Source of the DNA: Bellilinea caldifistulae
GTDB lineage: Bacteria > Chloroflexota > Anaerolineae > Anaerolineales > Anaerolineaceae
DNA length: 32,000 bases
NCBI RefSeq assembly: GCF_001306055.1
Contig: NZ_LGHJ01000023.1
Location: 1 to 32,000, forward strand
Direction: 5' to 3'
Made by a program: the position numbers and the translations under genes. A model generated the notes under the pieces. It searched no databases. It saw nothing but the letters and a program-made list of their open reading frames with translations, and was not told the origin of the DNA. This document shows positions 1-9,907 of this stretch, one piece after another; position 1 is the stretch's first letter; each line of letters opens with the position of its first letter.

Positions 1-37
1 TGGAGGTGAAGAGGTCAAATCAAGATACACAGCCCCT

Positions 38-1855
38 TTATTTTAGGGTGGATACCCCATCGGGTGCGGCTTTTCCACCCCTCAAACAGCCTGCTCGGCG
101 TATTACGCTTGATTTTTCAACTCTCTCAATACCGGTAACTTTACGCCATTGCCCGTGAATTCCATCTTCAGTGACCCCAAAGAAGTAGCGATAGCCCTGA
201 GGCGTGCGAAGTATAAGATCAAACCGGGTGATATTTCCTTGCTTATGCTTTCGTAATAAGCCATAATCCCCAAGCCATTTAATTCTGGTGGGTTCAAAGG
301 ACTTGACGGTTTCGGTATAGCGATCAATGGCGTAATGCCAGAGTTTACGGGCCGAAGCCCGGGTCACATTTTTGACCACATTGCCGTTGCGAAGGTCGCG
401 CATGGTAAAGTATTGTTTCCCCTGCCGTTCTTCGGGGGGTAAAACCTCCACGCCGGTGCGGGGCTCCACACCTAAATCGTCACGGATTCCTTCGGACGGC
501 TGAACGGAGTCGAATGGGTTGATCTCGCTGGGTGCAGGCAAAATAGCAATTTTATTGCGTAGCACCAGACTGACAATTTCATCTCTTACAGCTAAGCCGG
601 TTTCGGCTTCATCGCGAATGTAGATTTTATTGTCATCCACAGCATAGGGGGGTTCTTCACCGCGCGGGATTAATATCCGAATAATCTTTTTCCCTTTATA
701 GTCCAGGGCATCAATTGTGCAATGCAAAGGTGGACTGATCCGGTTATTGATTTCTTTTTCGAGGGTATGGATACTTTGTTCAACATCTTGAATTCCGGCA
801 GGAGGTTTCTTAGAATCGGAACTGATCCCGATATAAAGTGTCCCGCCGTTGGTATTTGCAAAAGCACAAACATCCGCCAGAATGGCGTACAACTTGCCAC
901 CCCGAACGGTCATGCTTTCATGAAAATCCTGAATGATGTTCGGGCCTTCTTCCTGAGCGTTTTGAACAAAATCAAACCCGGCAGCTTCTTCTTTGTGTTG
1001 ATGGGGGCGCGTGCGGGAGAAATCGTTGCTTTTGAAGAGTTCTAAGAGGGCTTCAAAAGTACATTCTGGTAAGAGGACATCGGTGGCTCTTTCGCCTACC
1101 CCAAAATTTTTCTTCCGGGTTGGGTCGGAAGTAAGACGGTGGGCGTCTGACCCCTGAATACAGTGCATCCGACGCGGATATTCCGGCTTTGTTCCATTGA
1201 AGAAAGCTGCAGTTGTGCGAGGTCCTTTTTGTTCCAGATCGGTTACTTCAAGTGCATGGAGATGGGGGTCTTGTGTAAACGCAATTTTGGTTTGTCCGCC
1301 AAAATTGAAGCCGCGCATGGCTACACCATTGCTGGAATTGGCGTGAGCCGCAATCACGAGGCCGCCATTTTCATTGACCACTCGATAAACGGTTAGAACA
1401 TCCTCCGTTGCACCAACGGTTTGAGAGCCTTCGTCAATCTGATCAGGCGGGATGTTAAGACTCAGAAGGAGATGTTCCAGTTCTCGAATTGATTTTTCTG
1501 GAGGGAAGATACAAAGGATATGAAAACCGAATGTGGCTGTAAATTCAAAGCCCGGTAACACCTGTATTTTTGAATGTAAACGACGGTATTCCTCTAATCG
1601 TTGTTTTTCGGCAGGCAGAAGCCTCCCCAGTTTATCGAGAAATTCAAGGGAGTGAATCTCCTCCATCATTTTTCGGTAGCCAGCAACCGTATTATGATCG
1701 GTAATCGCGATCATATCCAACCCGCGGGCTTCTGCCTTTTGTAAGATGTCCAAGAAAGTTACTTCGGGTTGTTGATAATCGCTCGAAGCGGGGGTATGAA
1801 TGTGAAGATCAATGGTATACCATTGCGAATTTGTGAGGGATTGTTTTTTGGCCAA
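38..1855 (-). CDS. PHP-domain phosphoesterase fused to an AlbA_2/Schlafen-like putative DNA-binding domain, plus an unassigned C-terminal region of about 150 aa
   Basis: 605-aa ORF. The N-terminus carries PHP metal-binding motifs [28 protein letters not shown] and QGSDAHR. The central region has the AlbA_2-type signature [19 protein letters not shown]. It starts 26 nt downstream of the receiver gene on the same strand. Confidence 0.7.
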   Translation of the reverse strand: MAKKQSLTNSQWYTIDLHIHTPASSDYQQPEVTFLDILQKAEARGLDMIAITDHNTVAGYRKMMEEIHSLEFLDKLGRLLPAEKQRLEEYRRLHSKIQVLPGFEFTATFGFHILCIFPPEKSIRELEHLLLSLNIPPDQIDEGSQTVGATEDVLTVYRVVNENGGLVIAAHANSSNGVAMRGFNFGGQTKIAFTQDPHLHALEVTDLEQKGPRTTAAFFNGTKPEYPRRMHCIQGSDAHRLTSDPTRKKNFGVGERATDVLLPECTFEALLELFKSNDFSRTRPHQHKEEAAGFDFVQNAQEEGPNIIQDFHESMTVRGGKLYAILADVCAFANTNGGTLYIGISSDSKKPPAGIQDVEQSIHTLEKEINNRISPPLHCTIDALDYKGKKIIRILIPRGEEPPYAVDDNKIYIRDEAETGLAVRDEIVSLVLRNKIAILPAPSEINPFDSVQPSEGIRDDLGVEPRTGVEVLPPEERQGKQYFTMRDLRNGNVVKNVTRASARKLWHYAIDRYTETVKSFEPTRIKWLGDYGLLRKHKQGNITRFDLILRTPQGYRYFFGVTEDGIHGQWRKVTGIERVEKSSVIRRAGCLRGGKAAPDGVSTLK

Positions 1856-1881
1856 ACATTTTCTCCTGTTTGGGAATAAAT

Positions 1882-2241
1882 TTAAGAATGCAATTTGAGT
1901 TTCTGAATCAAGTCTGTTGGCATGTAGGGCTTGAGTAAAAATTCATCCGCCCCAGCCATCAGACATTCTTGTTTTTTATCTTCGCCAGATGTCATAATCA
2001 CTCGGAATTTTTTTTGTTCCGGTGCGCCATGACGGATTTGTCGCAATATGGTCAGGCCATCCGTGCTTTTGAGATTTACATCCATCAAAATGACGTCAGG
2101 ATCGGAATTTTGGATTTGTGAGACCAGATCCACGGGATCATTGAGTTCCAAAACATTTACCTGAAAATTCTCAATTTCAAGTAATGTTTTCAGTAAAGAA
2201 CGCATCGAGAGATCGTCTTCAATGATTAATACCTTCGTCAT
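1882..2241 (-). CDS. single-domain CheY-like response regulator receiver
   Basis: 119 aa with no output domain. It has the acidic N-terminus IIEDD, phospho-acceptor context VILMDVNLKSTDG, and the conserved Lys in LLKPY. It starts 22 nt downstream of the lon stop. Confidence 0.9.
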   Translation of the reverse strand: MTKVLIIEDDLSMRSLLKTLLEIENFQVNVLELNDPVDLVSQIQNSDPDVILMDVNLKSTDGLTILRQIRHGAPEQKKFRVIMTSGEDKKQECLMAGADEFLLKPYMPTDLIQKLKLHS

Positions 2242-2263
2242 AAATCCGTCTTTCTACCCAATT

Positions 2264-4822
2264 TCAAACTTGGGCGGGCTGCTCAACTTTTTGTTCCAGA
2301 GCATGTTCTAAAACCTCATCAACTCTTTCGACGAGGATAAATTGGATGGCGTTGTGCACTTCTTCGGGTAAGTCCTCTAAATCGGCCTCATTGCCTTTGG
2401 GCAAGATGACAGTTTTCAAGCCAGCACGATGAGCAGCAAGTACTTTTTCTTTTATGCCCCCAACCGGTAAAACCTGCCCGCGAAGGGTAATTTCACCCGT
2501 CATGCCCACGTCTGATCGTACCAGCCTGCCAGTAAGCAATGACACGAGAGCAGTTGCCATCGTAACTCCGGCCGATGGGCCATCCTTGGGTTGAGCGCCG
2601 GCTGGAATATGAAGGTGAATGTCGGATTTTTCGAAGATATTTGGATCAATACCGAGTTGAGCGGCGCGGGAACGCACATAAGAGAGGGCTGCCTGTGCCG
2701 ATTCCTGCATGACTTTACCTACCGAACCGGTCGTGATGAAACCTTTACTCCCCGGCATAATGGTGGCCTCAATAAATAATACATCACCACCGACCGGAGT
2801 CCATGCCAGACCAGTAGCCACACCGGGGATTTCGGTTCGGCGTTGAATTTCCTCAGTGCCCAGATACTTGGGTCTGCCTAAAAATTCCCGAATGGTGTTT
2901 TCATCAACGACCTGACGGGTGATTTTGCCCTCGGTGATTTTTGTGGCTACTTTACGACAGATTGATCCAATTTCCCGTTCGAGGTTACGTACACCAGCTT
3001 CCCGCGTGTAATGGCGGATGATGGTCGTCAATGCTTTGGGCGTGAACTCAATTTCATCTTGCCGGAGGCTATTTTCCTTCAATTGGCGAGGGATCAGGTA
3101 TCGCTTTGCGATTTCGAATTTTTCGCTGTCGGTATAACCTGAGAGTTGGATGATCTCCATGCGGTCCAGCAAAGGACCGGGAATGGTTTCCATCTGGTTG
3201 GCGGTGGTGATGAACATCACCTGTGAGAGATCAAAGGCGACTTCAATATAGTTATCTCGAAATTCCTGATTCTGTTCGGGGTCTAATACTTCCAATAAGG
3301 CCGAAGCCGGATCGCCCCGAAAGTCAAAACTGAGTTTATCAATCTCGTCCAGCATAAAAACGGGATTGCGAGTTTCGACCCTGCGTAAAGCCTGAATGAT
3401 TCTCCCGGGCATTGCCCCAATATAAGTGCGGCGGTGTCCGCGAATTTCCGCTTCGTCTCGAACGCCGCCCAATGAAATCCGAACGAATTTCCGTCCCATT
3501 GCACGGCTGATGGACTGCCCTAATGAGGTTTTGCCAACGCCGGGAGGTCCAATAAAACACAAGATCACCCCCTCACGTTGGCGGCGGATTACGTCCGGGG
3601 TAGTTTCCTGAGCAAATTCAGCCGCACGGTCCAGTCTTAATTTTCGTATAGCCAGGTACTCAAGGATTCTTTCCTTGATGTCCTCCAAACCATAGTGGTC
3701 TTGATCCAGGACTTCTCTGGCGTGGGCAATATCAAGATTGTCCGGTGTCGTTTTTGACCACGGCAACGAAACTAACCAATCCAAAAATGTGCGTATCACG
3801 CCATATTCTGCTGCAGCGGTCGGTAAACGGGAGAGGCGGTCGAGCTCGCGTTGGGCCAGTTTGCGGGCTTCTTCAGACATGCCGGATTCCTCGATCTTCT
3901 TGCGGAATTCTTCTACATCGGCAGCCTGTTCATCAGTTTCGCCCAATTCACGCTGGATGGCTTTTAATTGTTCTCGTAAAAAGTACTCACGCTGGACTTT
4001 GTCAATTTCGGAGCGCGCTTCTTTCTGAATTTTCTGACTTAACTCCAAAACTTCGCTTTCGCGTGTCAGTAGAGTTACCAGCTTATGAAGCTTATCGGTA
4101 ATTGAATCCAGTTCAAGAATTTCCTGCGCATCTTCGATATCCATCCGCTGGAGATTGGCAATCGTATAAACGGTTTGGAGAGGATCGGTAATGGAAGTAA
4201 CAGTTGCCACCAGCTCACGCGGCATGGAAGGAATCATTTCCGCAATATGCGCAAATTGATCGCGAACATTGCGAGCCAAGGCCTCCACTTCTAAGCCGGT
4301 TTCCTGTTTTTCGGGGATCACCTCGATGCGGGCTTTGAGATAGGGTTCTGTTGCCACAAATTCGATGATGCGAAAACGGAATAAACCCTGAACCAGTAAT
4401 CGAATTGTGCCGTCCGGGGCTCTGAACATTCGGTGAATTAATCCAGCGGTGCCCACCTTGTAAAGATGTTCGGGGTCGGGGCTTTCAATTTCAGGGTGTT
4501 TTGATGCAACCAACCCCATAAAACGGTCGCCGGTAACCACATCATCCACCAGACGAATGGAGCGTGGTTGTCCAATCGTCAAAGGAACCCCGGTTTGGGG
4601 GTAAACCACCAATCCTCTTAATGGGAGGATTGGCAAAATTTCTGGTAATTTGACGATTTCTTCGGGTTGATTACTTTCGGGTTGTGTAGCGATCGGTTCT
4701 TCAATGAAAATTTCTTCTTCCCCTTCGTCCGAACTAAGAAAGACCTCTTCGTAGCCTTCCTCTTCGGCGTCAAATTGAAAATAAAATTGATTAAAGTCAA
4801 TGTTCCATCTTGATGCTGGCAT
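2264..4822 (-). CDS. lon: ATP-dependent Lon protease (LonA type) with an acidic N-terminal extension
   Basis: 852 aa. It has the Lon N-domain start [14 protein letters not shown], Walker [10 protein letters not shown], and the catalytic Ser motif PKDGPSAG with a downstream Lys in [10 protein letters not shown]. Confidence 0.95.
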   Translation of the reverse strand: MPASRWNIDFNQFYFQFDAEEEGYEEVFLSSDEGEEEIFIEEPIATQPESNQPEEIVKLPEILPILPLRGLVVYPQTGVPLTIGQPRSIRLVDDVVTGDRFMGLVASKHPEIESPDPEHLYKVGTAGLIHRMFRAPDGTIRLLVQGLFRFRIIEFVATEPYLKARIEVIPEKQETGLEVEALARNVRDQFAHIAEMIPSMPRELVATVTSITDPLQTVYTIANLQRMDIEDAQEILELDSITDKLHKLVTLLTRESEVLELSQKIQKEARSEIDKVQREYFLREQLKAIQRELGETDEQAADVEEFRKKIEESGMSEEARKLAQRELDRLSRLPTAAAEYGVIRTFLDWLVSLPWSKTTPDNLDIAHAREVLDQDHYGLEDIKERILEYLAIRKLRLDRAAEFAQETTPDVIRRQREGVILCFIGPPGVGKTSLGQSISRAMGRKFVRISLGGVRDEAEIRGHRRTYIGAMPGRIIQALRRVETRNPVFMLDEIDKLSFDFRGDPASALLEVLDPEQNQEFRDNYIEVAFDLSQVMFITTANQMETIPGPLLDRMEIIQLSGYTDSEKFEIAKRYLIPRQLKENSLRQDEIEFTPKALTTIIRHYTREAGVRNLEREIGSICRKVATKITEGKITRQVVDENTIREFLGRPKYLGTEEIQRRTEIPGVATGLAWTPVGGDVLFIEATIMPGSKGFITTGSVGKVMQESAQAALSYVRSRAAQLGIDPNIFEKSDIHLHIPAGAQPKDGPSAGVTMATALVSLLTGRLVRSDVGMTGEITLRGQVLPVGGIKEKVLAAHRAGLKTVILPKGNEADLEDLPEEVHNAIQFILVERVDEVLEHALEQKVEQPAQV

Positions 4823-4831
4823 ACCGCTCGC

Positions 4832-5263
4832 TTATTCCTTGATGATGTGAATTTGTTTAGGGCGGGCTTTGGGAATTTCTATTCGTAATAATCCCTGATC
4901 GTAGATGGCTTCGATTTGCGAATCATCCACGGGAATGTTGATATGTAATTCCACATTGAATTCACCGTAGGGTATTTCCATCTGGTGAATGGCACGAGGT
5001 GACTGGTAATTGAAACGACGAATGCCTTGAACAACCAGAGTGCCCTGATGGAGCAGGATGGTCAAATCTTCTTCTTTGATCCCGGCAATTTCCATAAGGA
5101 CGATGATTTTATCTTCAGTTTCGTAAATATCAGTGGCGGGTTGCCACTGGTGGGGATGATTATTATTCCAGTTTTTTAGATGTTTCCCCAAGGCGGGTGT
5201 GGCTTCTTCCAAACCTGTAAAACTGGCATGAGACTTTCTGGACTTGAAATAGATGGTCACCAT
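4832..5263 (-). CDS. Hsp20/alpha-crystallin family small heat-shock protein
   Basis: It has an alpha-crystallin domain (WQPATDIYETEDKIIVLMEIAGI ... GLLRIEIPK). I place the start at the internal ATG at 5263 (MVTIYF...), which is preceded by GGAGG. The track ORF extends to 5287 with no SD, so the start is uncertain by 24 nt. Confidence 0.85.
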   Translation of the reverse strand: MVTIYFKSRKSHASFTGLEEATPALGKHLKNWNNNHPHQWQPATDIYETEDKIIVLMEIAGIKEEDLTILLHQGTLVVQGIRRFNYQSPRAIHQMEIPYGEFNVELHINIPVDDSQIEAIYDQGLLRIEIPKARPKQIHIIKE

Positions 5264-5290
5264 CGTACCTCCACTAAAATAAAACAATGA

Positions 5291-5815
5291 CTACAATGCC
5301 TGCTTTGCGGCTTGTATAACAGCATCGTAATCCGGTTCTGCCCCGATGGTTGGCATGTAAGCGGCATAGGTGATCCGATTATTGCGGTCAACGACAAAAA
5401 CAGCCCTTCTGAGTATCCTCAGCTCTTTGAGTAAAACACCATATTTTTTACCAAAGTCAACATCCATGTGATCGGACAGGACCATAACCTGATCAATACC
5501 AGCGGCACCGCACCACCGTTTTTGAGTATATGGAAGGTCTGTACTGATTACCAGGATGGCAATATCCTTACTAAGATTGGCTGCATCCTCATTAAATCGT
5601 CTGGTTTCGCGATCACATACTGCAGTTTCCAAAGATGGAACAGAAGCAATAATTCGTACCTTCCCGGCCGTTGTGCTCAATCCGGACACGGTGGACCAAT
5701 CTTGTGCCTGAACGGTAAATTCCGGTGCCAAATCACCTGCTTTCAGGTCAGAACCAACGACTGTAACGTCTTTCCCTGCAAATGTGATTACACCGTTTCT
5801 TTCAAGGTAAGTCAT
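5291..5815 (-). CDS. tpx: thiol peroxidase (atypical 2-Cys peroxiredoxin, Tpx)
   Basis: 174 aa. The peroxidatic Cys context is SVPSLETAVCDRE and the second Cys is in KRWCGA. A GGAG SD lies about 8 nt upstream of the ATG. Confidence 0.9.
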   Translation of the reverse strand: MTYLERNGVITFAGKDVTVVGSDLKAGDLAPEFTVQAQDWSTVSGLSTTAGKVRIIASVPSLETAVCDRETRRFNEDAANLSKDIAILVISTDLPYTQKRWCGAAGIDQVMVLSDHMDVDFGKKYGVLLKELRILRRAVFVVDRNNRITYAAYMPTIGAEPDYDAVIQAAKQAL

Positions 5816-5840
5816 ACGCCAACTCCTTTGGTAAATTGAG

Positions 5841-5913
5841 CGCCCCTGGTGAGACTCGAACTCACAACCAACGGATTAGAAGTCCGGTGCTCTGTCCATT
5901 GAGCTACAGGGGC
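5841..5913 (-). tRNA. tRNA-Arg (anticodon TCT)
   Basis: The reverse complement reads GCCCCTG-TA-GCTC-AATGGAC-AGAGC-A-CCGGA-CTTCTAA-TCCGT-TGGTT-GTGAG-TTCGAGT-CTCAC-CAGGGGC-G. This gives a 7-bp acceptor stem, D arm, anticodon loop CT-TCT-AA and a T-arm with TTCGAGT. CCA is not encoded. The gene lies 25 nt upstream of tpx on the same strand. Confidence 0.9.
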
Positions 5914-5950
5914 AGTTCATGGATCAGGAACGATGGGCGAGCACCCATAA

Positions 5951-5980
5951 ATTATCATGATGTAAATTGATCAAATTCAA
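5951..5980 (-). promoter_or_regulatory. candidate sigma70-type promoter for tRNA-Arg and the downstream array
   Basis: On the minus strand, TTGAAT (5980-5975) is followed by an 18-nt spacer and GATAAT (5956-5951), about 38 nt upstream of the tRNA 5' end. This is a pattern match only. Confidence 0.25.
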
Positions 5981-6031
5981 TTATAGCACAGCCAGCATGA
6001 ACCTTTATCAGGTTGTATCTAATTCAATCAC

Positions 6032-6469
6032 TTATCCCCTTTGAAAAGGACGAATTCCTTGATAGACCGTTGTACCGGAGAATGTTTGTAAGATCTTATC
6101 GGCTGGCCTACCGATGATTTCTGCGAGTTCAACGGGAGTCAGCGGGGTATTTCCGTTGGAGAGGAAAACCCGAAAAACTGCATTGACCAGCGAGGTGTTT
6201 TGAGATAAAAATCCGGGTAATTTTGCACAATGTACCATCAAGGTATGCTGGAGACCATCCACCCGAGTGACTTCAGCGGTTTGAGGGTTGACCCAATCAA
6301 TCCAGGTCTCCTGACCCAGGCTTTCGAAAAAACTCTGGTGTTCAGGGCATAAAAAACTCAGCAAGAAAACCCGCCAATTTTGGTCATGGCTTTTCCACCA
6401 TTCAAAATCTATGTGAAAAGGGGTTTGCAGGGTTGGTTTAATGAGACTGAAGCGGCTGGAAATGCTCAT
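6032..6469 (-). CDS. hypothetical protein (no motif recognised)
   Basis: 145-aa ORF that begins 4 nt after the stop of the upstream 528-aa ORF on the same strand. No competing long ORF is present. Confidence 0.6.
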   Translation of the reverse strand: MSISSRFSLIKPTLQTPFHIDFEWWKSHDQNWRVFLLSFLCPEHQSFFESLGQETWIDWVNPQTAEVTRVDGLQHTLMVHCAKLPGFLSQNTSLVNAVFRVFLSNGNTPLTPVELAEIIGRPADKILQTFSGTTVYQGIRPFQRG

Positions 6470-6473
6470 TTTT

Positions 6474-8060
6474 TCAGACCTCTAAGTCTTGGTCGCTTAG
6501 TCGGTAGTACAAATCACCGAGATGAAGAACATTAGGTTGATTAGCCAGGATGGAGACCAATACACCGGGCGGGCAGCGCCGTACCAGATTAACGGCCGCG
6601 TAAAGTTCCTGCGCATGCACATGTCCCTGAGGGGATAATTTAACCATTTCTCGCATCATGCTGAGGATGGTTTTTTCGAGTGATGTTTTATAGCGAGTGC
6701 CGGTTTCCCATACTTGATCGAGGGCTGCCACGTCGGGAATGGCAATTGCCATTCGCTCGTCATATTCATTCCCAATCTGTTGTTTGAGCATGGTCAACAC
6801 CACACCGCCATCGGTGCCTACAAGAACGGTTCGCAACCATTCTTTGGTTGATTTTTTCTTGAGTGCTTTAATGATCACTTTGCCCGGTTCTTTACCTTGC
6901 TTAACCACGAATAAAGAACCCGGAATTAATTCTTTTTCTTCAATCCATTCCCTTAAGCCAAAAACATAGCGGCCTGGTCGCACTACCCAGCCAGGAAATT
7001 CTTTGCCAGTCTCTTCATCCACAAAGAGGAAGCGCACCCGTGGGGCTTCATACGCTGTTGGGAAAAGGCGGGCAATGCTTCTGGAGAGAGGAATTGTACC
7101 AGCCCGCCAATGTGGAAAAATTAAACTGACCTCAATTTCTTCGGCTTTCTTTGGTAAATCCCCTTCTGGTTCGAGTTCATCGAATACCAGTCGATTCAGG
7201 GCTTCGATTTCCGACCTGGCTACACTGGTGTCTACTGAGACGGGTTGGTAGCGGAGATAGAGGGGGGTGTTTTGCACTCCCTCCGGTTCCAGCCGTCGCA
7301 AAAACCAAAGGGTCTTGCCAGCAGGACCGACCTCGTCAAAGCGGTTATCCTCCTGCAATGCCAGATTCATCGAGAATTCGGTCAGTTTGCGATTGACATC
7401 GGTAGGCAGTTCGATTTGATCTAAAATCACCTCAGTAGGCAGCGGACCGCCGCCAGACATCTCCAACAATGCTTCGGCCAGGTTGAGATGCCCAACGCTG
7501 ACATCTACCAAAAGAGAACGCGGAAACCACGCTCCAGCAATTTGAACGAGATCCGCAACGGTTTCAAAAGTTTGGGTAAGTAAATCGGCAATCTGATCGC
7601 TGTATTTTTCTAAGATCAAATCGGGATTGAGCGCCGGTTCGTTAATTTCGCTTTGGATGGACTGATTTAGAATATGATCTGGTAATGAGGCGGCAAACTC
7701 TCTAATACTACCATCTTCCATCTCAACTTTAATGACTTCAAAAGCAGGCAAATCTGGGTTGAATCCAGGTCGTACCGAGAGTACCTTCCCCTTTACCCAA
7801 TTTAAGGCGGGAAATTGAAGGTGTTCGCCCGGTTGGTAGGTTTTTTGGGGTTGATAAATTTCACCCCGTGCAGATTGGAGCTCCAACAGGCGCTCTGTCT
7901 CGCGGCGAATGCGTTCTCGAATTAAAACTTCTGCTAATTCTTTTGCCGTGAGTGGTGTTTCAATTTCCAGAAGATGGTTGTAAAGAAATTCGAGATCTTC
8001 TTCTTGAATTTCAAACTTTTCCCAATACTTTTCTTGCAGGTTTTCGATCTGAACTGGCAT
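6474..8060 (-). CDS. hypothetical protein (no motif recognised)
   Basis: 528-aa ORF that fills the interval between the M23 peptidase gene and the 145-aa ORF. Only short alternative-frame ORFs overlap it. Confidence 0.7.
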   Translation of the reverse strand: MPVQIENLQEKYWEKFEIQEEDLEFLYNHLLEIETPLTAKELAEVLIRERIRRETERLLELQSARGEIYQPQKTYQPGEHLQFPALNWVKGKVLSVRPGFNPDLPAFEVIKVEMEDGSIREFAASLPDHILNQSIQSEINEPALNPDLILEKYSDQIADLLTQTFETVADLVQIAGAWFPRSLLVDVSVGHLNLAEALLEMSGGGPLPTEVILDQIELPTDVNRKLTEFSMNLALQEDNRFDEVGPAGKTLWFLRRLEPEGVQNTPLYLRYQPVSVDTSVARSEIEALNRLVFDELEPEGDLPKKAEEIEVSLIFPHWRAGTIPLSRSIARLFPTAYEAPRVRFLFVDEETGKEFPGWVVRPGRYVFGLREWIEEKELIPGSLFVVKQGKEPGKVIIKALKKKSTKEWLRTVLVGTDGGVVLTMLKQQIGNEYDERMAIAIPDVAALDQVWETGTRYKTSLEKTILSMMREMVKLSPQGHVHAQELYAAVNLVRRCPPGVLVSILANQPNVLHLGDLYYRLSDQDLEV

Positions 8061-8139
8061 GTTCCTGTTGCTCGATGGATTAAAATATGCGCTTCATTAC
8101 AGTGTTATTATACCCTGATAATGATAAATGTTGACAATT

Positions 8140-9534
8140 TTATGGGTACACCTTTTCCAGCCAATCCAGCGGTTCTACCTGAACGCCGTTTGCCCATACT
8201 TCCCAGTGAAGATGGGGGCCGGTAGCCCGTCCTGTTCCTCCAATTTCGCCGATGATCTGGCCGGTTTCAACAAAATCGCCGACATTCACCTTGGGGGCGC
8301 TCTGATGCCAGAAACCGCTATAAACCCCCCAACCATGATCAATAATCGTCGAAATTCCTCGTACAGTCAATTCACCGACGTAAACAACCACGCCGGGTGC
8401 CGGTGAGTAAATATTTAAATTATTGGCGCAGACGCCATAATCCACACCGGTGTGAAAGTAGATGTAGCCACTGTTATTGTAAGAGCGGCGGCTGCCAAAC
8501 CACGAACGAATACACGGTTCATCTACCGGCACCCGGAATTTTTCCGTCCAGTAGCGTTGTGGGGTGGCTGTTTTGGTCACAGTTCGGATCAGTTCATCTT
8601 CGGGTTGAGTGATGGCCGGATCCAAAGTGGAAGGATCGACCGTGAGAGGGACATCTTGCGGATAATATCCCGGTTCCAGTAAAATGGGTTGTTCTATCTC
8701 AAAACTCATTTGCGCATCGTCCTGGGCTTTGAGGGTTAACAGGGCCAGGCCAGGTTGTGCCATGGCGTGTATTCCTTGAATAGCCACATATTGATTTTCT
8801 TGTTCCTTGAAAAATGATAATGGAACATTATTCAACGAGCCAGAAAGATTGAGGGGCTTTGAGGTGTAAACTCTCACCACATGGGTTTTGCCCTGTCGCA
8901 GAGGTAGAGGTGTGATTTCGATGTTTTTTAACCAGGGCGAGCCAAATAATCCACTCTCATCTCCTGAAATGTCGCTGAAAATCAATTCCTGGCTAAGAAA
9001 GCGGGCAGTACTTTCTTTTTGATTGTAGATGACCAGTTTCCATGGGTTGGACAAAAATTGGGCTGCGGTTTCAAGAGCAGATTCTCCCTCGCCAAGCGCT
9101 TTCAAGGGTTTGATCCTTGCGGATGGATTTTTTTCAGGCAAGATCAGCGTTGACCCTACGTAAATTTGGGCGGGGCTGGTTAATTGATTCAATCGAATGA
9201 TGGTGTCTTCATCTACTTCATATTGGCGGCTGATGGTTCGCAGATTGGCTCCCAGCGGGGCAATGCTGAGGGTTAATGTGCCGGAAACGCCTTCGAATCC
9301 GGGAATTTTCAGGGATGTGCCTACTGGAAGCAAATCGGGGTTGGAAATCTGATTGACAGCAATCAAATCTTGAGGAGAAATTCCAAACCGCAATGCAATA
9401 GAATTGATCGTGTCGCCAGCCTGAACGATGTAAACCGGCAAATCATTTGAAGACTGGGCGGCAACCTTCATAAAGGGTGTGAATACAACAGCAAGGATAA
9501 CAATAATACGAATTAATTGAAGAGTTTTAACCAT
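8140..9534 (-). CDS. secreted or membrane-anchored LysM-domain M23 family metallopeptidase
   Basis: It has an N-terminal hydrophobic segment (IIVILAVVFTPFMKVAA) and two LysM-like repeats (YIVQAGDTINSIALRFG..., RTISRQYEVDEDTIIRLNQL...). The C-terminal M23 motifs are HTGVDYG and GPHLHWEVW. Confidence 0.9.
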   Translation of the reverse strand: MVKTLQLIRIIVILAVVFTPFMKVAAQSSNDLPVYIVQAGDTINSIALRFGISPQDLIAVNQISNPDLLPVGTSLKIPGFEGVSGTLTLSIAPLGANLRTISRQYEVDEDTIIRLNQLTSPAQIYVGSTLILPEKNPSARIKPLKALGEGESALETAAQFLSNPWKLVIYNQKESTARFLSQELIFSDISGDESGLFGSPWLKNIEITPLPLRQGKTHVVRVYTSKPLNLSGSLNNVPLSFFKEQENQYVAIQGIHAMAQPGLALLTLKAQDDAQMSFEIEQPILLEPGYYPQDVPLTVDPSTLDPAITQPEDELIRTVTKTATPQRYWTEKFRVPVDEPCIRSWFGSRRSYNNSGYIYFHTGVDYGVCANNLNIYSPAPGVVVYVGELTVRGISTIIDHGWGVYSGFWHQSAPKVNVGDFVETGQIIGEIGGTGRATGPHLHWEVWANGVQVEPLDWLEKVYP

Positions 9535-9898
9535 GAAGTAATTTTACCCGATCACCGGCTTTGAAGTCGAGAAGGCGGTTGGGGTGGGTTTCCAAAACAT
9601 AACGGGCTGGCTGAACCGGGGCATGATAAGCAGCCCAGGGACGGGCTAACCGGGTATCCACAACTTCTAAATTCGAATTAATCCAGATGGCTGCGATGGG
9701 AAAGCGCATGAAAAACATGTGGATGGCTGTGGTGACAACCCCATCTGAATTTTCGTCAATCAGGATGCCTTCATGTTCCCCTACAGACTTTTGAAACATC
9801 AAACCGCGCAACTTTGCCCAAAAAGAATCACAAAGACGGGCTTTTATGGGAGGTGTTTCTGTGCGATTCAAGTTTTGAACGATAACCCAGCGGGCCAT
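9527..9898 (-). CDS. DUF192 domain protein
   Basis: 123 aa with DUF192-like blocks RGLMFQKS, IHMFFMRFPIAAIWINSNLEVVD and ARYVLETHPN...FKAGDRV. Its 3' end overlaps the M23 gene start by 8 nt. Confidence 0.75.
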   Translation of the reverse strand: MARWVIVQNLNRTETPPIKARLCDSFWAKLRGLMFQKSVGEHEGILIDENSDGVVTTAIHMFFMRFPIAAIWINSNLEVVDTRLARPWAAYHAPVQPARYVLETHPNRLLDFKAGDRVKLLHG

Positions 9899-9907
9899 TG
9901 AAGTGAT

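Noticed and set aside
5816-6031. tRNA-Arg as a possible genomic-island integration site.
   Set aside because: I saw no integrase, no transposase, no direct repeat of the tRNA 3' end, and no obvious compositional break. The flanking genes (tpx, hsp20, lon) are core-type.
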